64,000 bases of DNA, from NCBI GenBank assembly GCA_003223555.1, contig QHVM01000023.1, positions 1,912 to 65,911 on the forward strand. The letters run 5' to 3'. How positions within the stretch are numbered: the first letter of the stretch is position 1; every line of letters begins with the position of its first letter. The notes under the pieces were generated by a model. The model saw nothing but the letters and a program-made list of their open reading frames with translations. It did not search any database and was not told the origin of the DNA. Source of the stretch: Acidobacteriota bacterium. GTDB taxonomy: Bacteria > Acidobacteriota > Vicinamibacteria > Fen-336. Shown here one piece after another: positions 56,285 to 64,000 of this stretch. A program made the position numbers and the translations under genes.

Positions 56285-56587
56285 ATGGCCACGACATTGG
56301 AGATCCGGCGAGTCGAGGGTCTGCGCTACGCGCCCGCCCGCGCCCGCTGGGCGACGGTGCGGATCGAAACCGAAGGCGCGGTCTACGTGGGCCGGATCTA
56401 CGTGCCGGAGACGAAGAAGCGGCTCTCCGACGTGATCTCGGACGAGCGCATGTTCCTCAGCCTCACCGATGTGAAGGTCAACGACGCCCAGACGGTGGAG
56501 TCGTTCGTGGCCCTCAACAAGCAATACGTGAAGACGATCCGGGTCCTGGACGAGGGCCAGCCCGAGGCGCCCAAGCGCCTGAACTGA
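56285..56587 (+). CDS. hypothetical small protein (100 aa)
   Basis: GGAGG 7 nt upstream of the ATG (MATTLEIRRVEGLRY...); lower-GC leader; no recognisable domain. Confidence 0.45.
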   Translation: MATTLEIRRVEGLRYAPARARWATVRIETEGAVYVGRIYVPETKKRLSDVISDERMFLSLTDVKVNDAQTVESFVALNKQYVKTIRVLDEGQPEAPKRLN

Positions 56588-56602
56588 GGCCGGCCCGACC
56601 CT

Positions 56603-57085
56603 CTACTCCCGCGCCCCGAGGTCCTTCTCCAGGAACCGCGTGCCCGCCACCGGGTTGTAGCGGTAGGGAGGGATCGGCTGGAAGCCGAGGGAGAGGTAGA
56701 GGGCGATTGCCTCCCTCATGCCGGGCAGCGTATCGAGTCGCATGCGCGCATAGCCCGCCGTCCGCGCCTCTTCGATCAGCGTCCGGGCCAGACGGCGCCC
56801 CAGGCCCGTCCCGCGGGCCCCAGGGCGAACGTACAGGCGCTTCGCCTCGCATACCCCGGCTTCCAGCGGCCGCAGCGCGGCGCAGCCGACCGCGCGCTTC
56901 CCGTCGAAGGCCAGGAGCAAGCGTCCCCGCGGTGGGGCGTACTCGCCGGGAAGCCCGGCCAGTTCCGACTCGAAGCCCTGGAAGCCCAGGTCGACATCCA
57001 GCGAGGCCGCGTACTCGCGGAAAAGCACGCGCGCTTCGGCCAGGCCGGCCTCGCCTCGAGCGGGCCGAATCTGGATGGGGGCCAT
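56603..57085 (-). CDS. GNAT family N-acetyltransferase
   Basis: ...[37 protein letters not shown] (acetyl-CoA-binding Q/RxxGxG/A motif); 160 aa. Confidence 0.75.
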   Translation of the reverse strand: MAPIQIRPARGEAGLAEARVLFREYAASLDVDLGFQGFESELAGLPGEYAPPRGRLLLAFDGKRAVGCAALRPLEAGVCEAKRLYVRPGARGTGLGRRLARTLIEEARTAGYARMRLDTLPGMREAIALYLSLGFQPIPPYRYNPVAGTRFLEKDLGARE

Positions 57086-57142
57086 CGACACGCACTCTAA
57101 CCCGCCTTGCCGCTCGCCGGCGATTCCTCTAGAGTCGCGGCC

Positions 57143-57952
57143 ATGAGCCAGGACCACGCCGGCACCGCTTTCGAGGCCTTCGTGGCCCTCATCGCGCGAT
57201 TGCGCGGGCCGGAGGGCTGCCCGTGGGACCGTGAGCAGACCCACCGGAGCCTGAAGCCCATGACGATCGAGGAGGCCTACGAGGTCCTGGAGGCGATCGA
57301 CCGCGGTGACGACGAGCACCTGGCGGGTGAGCTCGGGGATCTGCTCCTCCAGGTCGTCTTCCACGCGCAGATCGCCTCCGAGCAGGAGCGTTTCGACATT
57401 GCGGAGGTGGTGGAGCGGGTGGCGGACAAGATGGTGCGCCGCCATCCCCACGTCTTCGGAAGCGTGCCCGCCGCCACCAGTGGCGACGTTCTCCGGAACT
57501 GGGAGGCGCTGAAGCAAGCCGAGCGCGCGGAGAAGGCGGGCGAGGCCGGATCCCTGCTCGACAGCGTCTCGTCCGCCCTGCCCGCCGTGCTGGAGGCCTA
57601 CCAGATGACGACCAAGGCCTCGCGGGTGGGCTTCGACTGGCCGGGGGCGGAGCCGGTCCTCGAGAAGATCGACGAGGAGACGGCGGAGCTCAAGGCCGCC
57701 GTGCGCGCGGGCCAGGCCGCGGCAGCGGCGGAAGAGGTGGGGGACCTGCTCTTCGCGGCGGTCAACCTCGCGCGCCTGCTCGGTGAGGACCCGGAATCGA
57801 ACCTGAAGGCGGCCAACCGGAAGTTCCGCTCGCGCTTCCGTTACATCGAAGAGCGGCTCGAGCAGCGCGGGCTCTCTCCCGCCGATTCGAGCCTCGCCGA
57901 GATGGAAGCGCTCTGGCAGGAAGCAAAGGCCCGGGAACGGAGCGGACGCTGA
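57143..57952 (+). CDS. mazG: nucleoside triphosphate pyrophosphohydrolase MazG
   Basis: Tandem MazG domains: [36 protein letters not shown] and [10 protein letters not shown]...[17 protein letters not shown]. Confidence 0.85.
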   Translation: MSQDHAGTAFEAFVALIARLRGPEGCPWDREQTHRSLKPMTIEEAYEVLEAIDRGDDEHLAGELGDLLLQVVFHAQIASEQERFDIAEVVERVADKMVRRHPHVFGSVPAATSGDVLRNWEALKQAERAEKAGEAGSLLDSVSSALPAVLEAYQMTTKASRVGFDWPGAEPVLEKIDEETAELKAAVRAGQAAAAAEEVGDLLFAAVNLARLLGEDPESNLKAANRKFRSRFRYIEERLEQRGLSPADSSLAEMEALWQEAKARERSGR

Positions 57953-59097
57953 GCCTGCCGACCGAGGACACCCGCCGCTGGGTCCGGGACCGGGATGGAC
58001 TTGCTCGACTCGGCGAGTCCCTCACCGGACGCGCGGCTCTCGCCCTGGACACGGAGTCCGACAGCCTCCACCACCATGTCGAGAAGGTCTGCCTCGTCCA
58101 GCTCGCCACCGACCGGGGCGAGGCGTGGCTCGTCGACCCTCTCGCGCTGCGCGACCTCTCGCCGCTGGGCCCGGTGATGGCCGACCCGGGCGTGCTCAAG
58201 GTGCTCCACGGCGCCGATTACGACGTCACGACGCTCAAGCGCGACTTCGGCTTCCGCTTCGCCGGCTTGTTCGACACCATGATCGCCGCGCGCTTCCTCG
58301 GCCGGCCCCAGATCGGCCTGCAGGCCCTGGCCCTCGCCGAGCTGGGGGTGTCCCTGTCGAAGGAGAGCCAGCGCGACGACTGGTCCCGGCGCCCACTGAC
58401 TCTCCTCCAGGAGGCGTACGCGCTGGCCGACGTCGCCCACCTGCTCCCGCTCCAGGCCCGCTTCGCCGGGGAGCTGCACGACCTGGGCCGGCTGGCGTGG
58501 GTGGAGGAGGAATCGGCCGCGGTGGGGGGCCTGGAAGCCGCCCGGCGCGGCCGCGACCCCGAGGCCTATCAGAAGGTAAAGGGCATGAGGCGGCTCTCTC
58601 GCCGGCAGCAGGCGGTGCTCCGCGAGGTCCACGCCTGGCGAGAGGCGCTGGCCGAAGCCACCGACGTGCCGGCCTTCAAGCTCGTCTCGGCCGAGGTCCT
58701 CCTGGAGCTGGCCGAGCGCGCGCCGCGCAGCCTGTCCGAGCTGTCCAGGTTCCGCGGACTGTCGCCGCGTGTCCGGGCCCGCGGCGCCGAGCTGCTGGCC
58801 GCCATCGACCGCGCCCTCTCGCTGCCCGACGCCGAGCTTCCCCGCCTCGGGCCGCCCCCGACCCGGCCGGTGCTGCCGGAGGCCGTCCACCGCCGCGTCG
58901 AGAGGCTGCGCGCATGGCGGGCGAAGGAGGCGGCCCGTCTCCGGGTCGACGTGTCGGTTGTGCTCCCCCAGCGGCTGCTGGAGCGGCTGGCCCAGGCCGG
59001 TCCGAGTGAGCCGTCCGCGCTGGGGCAAGTCGAGGGCCTCCGCCGCTGGCGGATCGAAGCCTTCGGCGAGGCGCTGCTGGACGCCGCGGCCTCCTAG
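57949..59097 (+). CDS. rnd: ribonuclease D (DEDDy 3'-5' exonuclease + HRDC)
   Basis: [26 protein letters not shown]...[20 protein letters not shown]...HRDC-like C-terminus; no ATG/GTG/TTG precedes the exonuclease motif I, so a CTG overlapping the mazG TGA is proposed (the first in-frame ATG is at 58174). Confidence 0.75.
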   Translation: MSLPTEDTRRWVRDRDGLARLGESLTGRAALALDTESDSLHHHVEKVCLVQLATDRGEAWLVDPLALRDLSPLGPVMADPGVLKVLHGADYDVTTLKRDFGFRFAGLFDTMIAARFLGRPQIGLQALALAELGVSLSKESQRDDWSRRPLTLLQEAYALADVAHLLPLQARFAGELHDLGRLAWVEEESAAVGGLEAARRGRDPEAYQKVKGMRRLSRRQQAVLREVHAWREALAEATDVPAFKLVSAEVLLELAERAPRSLSELSRFRGLSPRVRARGAELLAAIDRALSLPDAELPRLGPPPTRPVLPEAVHRRVERLRAWRAKEAARLRVDVSVVLPQRLLERLAQAGPSEPSALGQVEGLRRWRIEAFGEALLDAAAS

Positions 59098-60266
59098 CCC
59101 CGTCCGGCCATCGTCGCCAGGAACCCGTTGGTCCGCTCCTCCACCACGTCCCAGTCGTACTCACGCCGGACGTAGGCCTTCCCGGCCGCGCCCAGCGCGG
59201 CGCGCAGCCGCTCGTCGCCGGAGAGCCGGCGCAGCGCGGCGGCGAACTCCGAGTAGCCGCGGTAGAAGAGGCCGCCCCCGCTGCGCACGCACTGGCCCTC
59301 CAGGACGCGGCAGGCCGAGTTGACGAGGACCGGCCGGCCCATCGCCCACGCCTCCAGGACGACGACGGACAGGCTCTCGTAGGCGCTGGGCATCACCAGG
59401 GCCTCGCAGCCGGCCAGGAGCGCGAACTTTTCCTCTTCGGTCACGAACCCGAGGTGGAGGATCTTCGGGTGGACCGGGATCTCGAGCGCCGGCCGGCCCA
59501 CCAGGACGAGGGGCGGCGCTTCGGGCCACTCGGCGCGGAGCTGTCGATAATACGAGAACAGGCGATCCGCTCCCTTGTTGCGGTCGATGCGGCCGACGTA
59601 GAGCAGATAGCGCGGCGGCACGCCGAAGCGCGCCTTCACGTCCACGGCCGGCCAGCCGGCGGGGACGTTGATGCCGCTGCCGACGACCGCGCCCGGCACG
59701 CCAACGTTGCCGCTCACGCCCTGGACCAGCGAGCGCTCCTCCGGCGTGAGGTAGAGGATGCCGCGCGGCGCGCGGAACAGGGACGCGAAGACCGGCAGCT
59801 CGATGGCCGGGTCCTCCTCGGCGGTGGGAACGAGCACGGCCCGGCCGGCGACGGGGGGCAGGCCGAAGAAGGTGTGGTAGTAGCGGTAGGAGTAGAAAAC
59901 GAACAGGTCGATGTCGCGCCGGCGCGGCAGCGACCGCACGAGGTCCGGACAGAAAGGGCCGTTCTCCACCACCCATTCCCGCTCGTCGGCCAGCGAGTGC
60001 TCTTCGTGGAAGACGAGGTCGGATACGAGCGCGAAGCGACGTCCGGAGCGCGGTCGGGCCACCGGGTAGCGGGTGACCGGGACGCCGTCGACCCGGTCCG
60101 GGCCAGGCGGGTAGTGGTCGAGCCACTCGAGGTAGTCGAGGGCGCAGGTGGTGGCGACCTCCACCTGGTGGCGCCGGGCGAGGCGGCCGGCCAGCCACCG
60201 GCAGTGCAGCTCGGAGCCCCCCGCCACCTCCAGGCCGTAGCGCTGGATGACGAAGCACAGGCGCAT
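59094..60266 (-). CDS. GT4 family glycosyltransferase (tandem paralog a)
   Basis: MRLCFVIQRYGLEVAGGSELHCRWLA...LLYVGRIDRNKGADRLF...VMPSAYESLSVVVLEAWAMGRPVLV. Confidence 0.8.
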   Translation of the reverse strand: MRLCFVIQRYGLEVAGGSELHCRWLAGRLARRHQVEVATTCALDYLEWLDHYPPGPDRVDGVPVTRYPVARPRSGRRFALVSDLVFHEEHSLADEREWVVENGPFCPDLVRSLPRRRDIDLFVFYSYRYYHTFFGLPPVAGRAVLVPTAEEDPAIELPVFASLFRAPRGILYLTPEERSLVQGVSGNVGVPGAVVGSGINVPAGWPAVDVKARFGVPPRYLLYVGRIDRNKGADRLFSYYRQLRAEWPEAPPLVLVGRPALEIPVHPKILHLGFVTEEEKFALLAGCEALVMPSAYESLSVVVLEAWAMGRPVLVNSACRVLEGQCVRSGGGLFYRGYSEFAAALRRLSGDERLRAALGAAGKAYVRREYDWDVVEERTNGFLATMAGRG

Positions 60267-60269
60267 GCT

Positions 60270-61457
60270 TCAGCCGCGGCCGGCCGGACCGCTCGTGGCC
60301 AGCGCGAGCAGCCGCTCGTACTTTTCCATGATCAGGGGCCACGAGTAGTGCCGCTCGAAGTACGCCCGGCCGGAGCGCCCGAGAGCGTCGGCCTCCGCCG
60401 GGCGCGAGAGCAGCCAGGTCAGGGCTTCCGCGAACTCCTCGTAGGCGCCGTAATAGAGGCCGCCCCCCGCCCGCTGCACCTGGCCGCGCAGCACCGTGCA
60501 GCGGCCGTTGACGAGGCCGGGCCGCCCCATCTTCCACGCCTCCAGCAGCGCCATGCAGAGGCTTTCGTAGGGGCTCGGGTGGACGAGCAGCCGGCTGGCC
60601 CCGATGACCGACAGCTTCTCCGCGTCGGAGAGCATGCCCAGGTGGGTGACGTTCACGTGCACCGGGACGGGCAGCACCGCCTTGCCGACCAGGACGAGGT
60701 TCAGGTGGGGCGCCTGCTCTCGCACGTAACGCGCGAACTCGTCGAACAGCCGCGCGCAGCCCTTCTCCCGCTCGATCCGCCCGACGTAGACGACGTAGTC
60801 GCCGAGGACGTCCAGCCGGCGGCGGATCTCGTCCGGCGGCACGACCGGCGCGTCCTCGATCCCCACCCCCACTACGTCCCCGGGCAGCCCCTCGGCCCCG
60901 CTCACCTCCAGCAGCAGCTCACGCTCCTCGGGAGAGTTGAAGGCCAGGGCGGCCGGAAGGCGGAACAGGTCGCGGAAGATCCGGAGGCGCACCGCGTTGT
61001 CCTGCTCTGCGGTGGGCACGAGGATGCTCTTCGCGGGGTGGACGCGGAGCCCGTGATAGGTGGTCCAATAGCGGTACGAGAAGAAGATCAACGCGTCGTA
61101 ATCGGAGCCGTGCGACTCCAGGTGCCGCAGCAGCCCCGGCGCGACCGGGCCGTGCTCCTCCATCCACCGCCGCTCCTCTTCGTCGCTGTGCTCGAAGAAG
61201 TGCACCTTGGAGGACAGCTCGTCGAAGCCCTCGGGAGTGCGCCGCCGGGAGACCGGGAAGCGGCGCACGGGCAGGCCACCCACCTTCGTCTCTCCCGGCT
61301 CGTAGGCGTTCTCCCACGTGAGGTAGTCGACCGCGCACGTGGTGAGCACCTCCATCGCGTGCCGCTCGGCCAGGTGCTGGGCGATCCAGCGCGCGTGCAG
61401 CTCGGCCCCGCCGATGACCTCCTCGCCGAAGCGCTGGACGACGAGGCCGATCCTCAT
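60270..61457 (-). CDS. GT4 family glycosyltransferase (tandem paralog b)
   Basis: MRIGLVVQRFGEEVIGGAELHARWIA...VVYVGRIEREKGCARLF...LVHPSPYESLCMALLEAWKMGRPGLV; ~55% identical to paralog a; upstream part of the ORF is junk. Confidence 0.8.
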   Translation of the reverse strand: MRIGLVVQRFGEEVIGGAELHARWIAQHLAERHAMEVLTTCAVDYLTWENAYEPGETKVGGLPVRRFPVSRRRTPEGFDELSSKVHFFEHSDEEERRWMEEHGPVAPGLLRHLESHGSDYDALIFFSYRYWTTYHGLRVHPAKSILVPTAEQDNAVRLRIFRDLFRLPAALAFNSPEERELLLEVSGAEGLPGDVVGVGIEDAPVVPPDEIRRRLDVLGDYVVYVGRIEREKGCARLFDEFARYVREQAPHLNLVLVGKAVLPVPVHVNVTHLGMLSDAEKLSVIGASRLLVHPSPYESLCMALLEAWKMGRPGLVNGRCTVLRGQVQRAGGGLYYGAYEEFAEALTWLLSRPAEADALGRSGRAYFERHYSWPLIMEKYERLLALATSGPAGRG

Positions 61458-61930
61458 CGGGGGGGGTGGGTCCCCCTCTCGCGCTCCAGCGCTTCGCAGC
61501 GGTGGCGCAGGGCCTGCAGCTCCACCTGCAGGCGAGCCGTCTCGCGCACGTTGTTGTGCAGCAGGTGGGCAAAGTAGAGGTTGACCTGCGCCTGGCGGTT
61601 GAGCACGTGATCGGTGTAGAGGCGCACGAAGGGACGCACGGCCTTCTTGGCCAGGATGACCGCGCGGCCGAACAGTCCGGGCCGGGTGGTGCGGATCAAG
61701 TAGTCCACGGAGATGTTCCAGTCGTGGGTCGGGCCCAGGAGGCGCTCGAGGAGCTTGCCGTCGATGCGCGCCTCCTCGCCGTAGGCTCGCAGGCGCAGGG
61801 CGGCCAGCGATTCGACCTCTTCGTCGGTATAGAGCCCCTGCTCCCGCTTCTTCTGGATCGACTCGCGGATCTCCTTCATGATCCGCACGACATCGACTGG
61901 CGGGCCGTCGGGACCGGACGGCTCTGTCAT
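61454..61930 (-). CDS. hypothetical protein (158 aa, coiled-coil C-terminus), first gene of the GT4-GT4 operon
   Basis: Coding-like codon usage; ATGA overlap with the downstream GT4; low-GC promoter-like region upstream. Confidence 0.5.
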   Translation of the reverse strand: MTEPSGPDGPPVDVVRIMKEIRESIQKKREQGLYTDEEVESLAALRLRAYGEEARIDGKLLERLLGPTHDWNISVDYLIRTTRPGLFGRAVILAKKAVRPFVRLYTDHVLNRQAQVNLYFAHLLHNNVRETARLQVELQALRHRCEALERERGTHPPR

Positions 61931-62065
61931 CGCGATTTCCTCCCTTGCGTCGGGTGATTCTACGCGGTCTTACAAAAGAGCCGGGATCGCTCGACAAAAC
62001 CAACACCGGATCAAGGACATAGGCGGCCAGCAACGTGGCATCCCGCTTGCTCGCTGCTAACCTCC

Positions 62066-62482
62066 ATGAAGTACATCATGGGCGCATCGCTCCTGTTCTC
62101 ATGTTTCCTTCCCGGACCCGCCGCACCCGCGCAGGCGGAGACGGCGACGTCGTTCGTCCAGGCGACGTTCCTCGGCCGCAACGCCGCTCAGGGCACGCTC
62201 ATGTTCCGCGACATGAGCGGACGCCAGCGGGCCGAACGAGCGAGCGCGGAGGCGGCGGCGGGCCTGGGGGGAATCCGTCCGGGGGACGAGGTGATCCTGG
62301 CCATCGCGGTCGCGGCCGGACGGCCGGTCGTGACGAAGGTCCGGCCCGTGCGCCGGGCCCAGCCGGCTCCGGCGGAGCCGGCGCGGGGGGCGGTTGTGCA
62401 TTCTGTCCCGCTCCGCCGCGCATGGCCCAATCCCTACGTCAAGGGCCGACCGGATGGCCGGCCGGGCGAGTCGGCTCCCTAG
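62066..62482 (+). CDS. small secreted hypothetical protein
   Basis: Signal peptide MKYIMGASLLFSCFLPGPAAPAQA; no SD sequence; Ala/Pro/Arg-rich mature part, so weak. Confidence 0.4.
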   Translation: MKYIMGASLLFSCFLPGPAAPAQAETATSFVQATFLGRNAAQGTLMFRDMSGRQRAERASAEAAAGLGGIRPGDEVILAIAVAAGRPVVTKVRPVRRAQPAPAEPARGAVVHSVPLRRAWPNPYVKGRPDGRPGESAP

Positions 62483-63501
62483 GCCGCGGCCAGGATGAGG
62501 CTCGCGTCCCCGAACTCGTGGCCGCGGTAGCCGGCGCTCTCGGCGTGGGTGTAGGCCGCGTCGAGCAGCGGTGGGGCCACGAAGGCGCGTAGCAGGTCCA
62601 GGTGGCTCGACCCCGGCTCGTGGAAGCCGGTGAGGAGCCCGTCCACGACCTGCGGGACGAACGGGGGGCGGACGACGAAGCTGGTGGTGCCCGGCCCGGC
62701 CACCAGGCGTCCATGGTCGTGCGCGCAGCCCTCGAGCGCGCGCACTACCGAGGTCCCCACCGCCACCACCCGACCACCGGCCGATCGCGTCCGGCTGACC
62801 GCGGCCACCGTCCGGGGGGGAATGTCGTAGCGCTCGGGCAGCGGCAACGACCGGTCGATCGCCGGCTCGCCGGTCGACGACAGGCCCGCCGCATGAGTGA
62901 CGGCGGCCAGTGCGACCCCGTGCGCCCGCAGGGCCAGGAGCAGCTCCCCGCTCAAGGGCCGGCCGGCCGAAGGCAGCTCCGCCGCCCATGGGCGCGAGGC
63001 ATAGACGGTCTGCACCTCGGAGAGGGCGAGCCCCGCCCCGAGGTGCGCATACTGGACGGGCCGGCCCAGGCGATAGAGAGCGGTCCAGAGCGCCGCATCT
63101 TCGGCATCGAACCGCAGGTCCACCAGCCGGGGCGAGAGGGGGTAGGCGCAGATGAGGGTGGCGGTCAGCCCGCCGAAGCAGACGACATCTCCAGACCGCA
63201 AGCGCGGCGGTGGCGGACGGTCCTCCGTCCGCGTGCGCCAGTCGCCCTCGCCGAAGAGCACCGCCCGCCATCGGCCGGGACTGACGTCCGCCAGCAGCCG
63301 CACCTCCACGCTCTGGCCGCTGGCCGTCCTGCCGGCCAGCGACGCCGGGATTGTGGCCGCGTCGTTGAGCACCATGAGGTCGTTCCGACGCAGCAGGCCG
63401 GGGAGGTCGGCCAGGCGCCCGTCACGGAAGCGGCCGCCACGCGGGTCGAGGTGCAGCAACCTCTCTTCCGCGCGGGGTCGCGGCCGGGTCGCCGCGATCA
63501 C
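62479..63501 (-). CDS. queA: S-adenosylmethionine:tRNA ribosyltransferase-isomerase
   Basis: N-terminal ...ERLLHLDPRGG...LPGLLRRNDLMVLNDAATIPA... and overall QueA length/architecture. Confidence 0.75.
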   Translation of the reverse strand: MIAATRPRPRAEERLLHLDPRGGRFRDGRLADLPGLLRRNDLMVLNDAATIPASLAGRTASGQSVEVRLLADVSPGRWRAVLFGEGDWRTRTEDRPPPPRLRSGDVVCFGGLTATLICAYPLSPRLVDLRFDAEDAALWTALYRLGRPVQYAHLGAGLALSEVQTVYASRPWAAELPSAGRPLSGELLLALRAHGVALAAVTHAAGLSSTGEPAIDRSLPLPERYDIPPRTVAAVSRTRSAGGRVVAVGTSVVRALEGCAHDHGRLVAGPGTTSFVVRPPFVPQVVDGLLTGFHEPGSSHLDLLRAFVAPPLLDAAYTHAESAGYRGHEFGDASLILAAA

Positions 63502-64000
63502 GACGCTTTTCCCTGCCCGGAGGCGGCGGCGGTGCCCGTCACCTCCAGCCGGGCTCCGTTCGGAATCGATTCGGCCCGCCGGAGGAGGCGCACGATGCGC
63601 TCGGCCACCACGGCCGGATCGCCCAGCGTCGTCCGGTCCGCCTCCGGCACCGCCTCGGCGTGCATGCGGGTGTCCATCTCACCCGGATCGACGCTCAGGA
63701 AGCGCACGCCGGTGCCGTCCAGCTCCGCGGCCCAGATCCGCGCCAGGTGGTCGAAAGCGGCCTTCGAGACGCCGTAGGCTCCCCACCGCGGGTAGGGCAC
63801 CAGCGAGGCATCGGAGGTGACGTGGAGCACCAGGCCCCGCCCACGCAGGACCATGCTCCCCGCGATCGCCCGGGTGAGGCGGAACGGCCCGGTCACGTTC
63901 ACGGCCAGCGCGCGCTCCATCTGGGCGTCTCCGGTGTCGAGCAGCAGGCGCAGCGGCACGGCGCCCAGCGTGCTCGCCGCGTGGACGAGCAGGTCGATGG
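63498..64000 (-). CDS. SDR family oxidoreductase (partial; N-terminus beyond window end)
   Basis: ...YGVSKAAFDHLARIWAAEL (YxxxK) ...; ATGA overlap with queA; frame stays open to position 64000. Confidence 0.6.
   Translation of the reverse strand, partial: IDLLVHAASTLGAVPLRLLLDTGDAQMERALAVNVTGPFRLTRAIAGSMVLRGRGLVLHVTSDASLVPYPRWGAYGVSKAAFDHLARIWAAELDGTGVRFLSVDPGEMDTRMHAEAVPEADRTTLGDPAVVAERIVRLLRRAESIPNGARLEVTGTAAASGQGKAS

Noticed and set aside
1-64000. CRISPR arrays, IS elements, prophage genes, rRNA.
   Set aside because: No spacer-repeat periodicity, no transposase or integrase catalytic motifs, and no rRNA-like conserved stretches were seen anywhere in the window.

Overview
High-GC (~70%) window dominated by a very large surface-polysaccharide / glycoconjugate biosynthesis locus; the gene content is consistent with a Myxococcota-like deltaproteobacterium. 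Working only from translated ORFs and motifs, I call about 60 genes. The main blocks are: (i) a 17-gene minus-strand operon (25780->8842) encoding an ABC-transporter-dependent glycan pathway (Wzm/Wzt with a C-terminal glycan-binding domain), many GT2/GT4 glycosyltransferases, a UDP-L-6-deoxy-HexNAc pathway (CapD/PseB-like 4,6-dehydratase, RmlD-like reductase, WecB-like 2-epimerase), an AsnB amidotransferase, acetyltransferases, several SAM methyltransferases and a PhyH dioxygenase; (ii) a wzc(BY-kinase)-wecA initiation operon with a nucleotide-sugar dehydrogenase; (iii) an Arn-like module (two UXS/ArnA-like decarboxylases, DPM1/ArnC-like and GtrB-like GT2s, two large polytopic membrane proteins) plus WbpB/WbpD-like enzymes; (iv) Wzy/ligase-like membrane proteins, a second divergently transcribed AsnB, and a Stf0-like sulfotransferase followed by tandem coiled-coil paralogs; (v) housekeeping genes at the right end (plsC, PilZ, DUF4388, IHF/HU, cdnL, class V aminotransferase, tRNA-Leu(CAA), GNAT, mazG, rnd, queA). 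Most long ORFs on the opposite strand of these genes are GC-rich shadow ORFs. Nearly every intra-operon junction is a 4-nt NTGA start/stop overlap, including TTG and CTG starts. Refined start coordinates come from codon arithmetic on the supplied ORF frames; some sequence-counted positions (tRNA ends, promoter and repeat boundaries) may be off by 1-2 nt.
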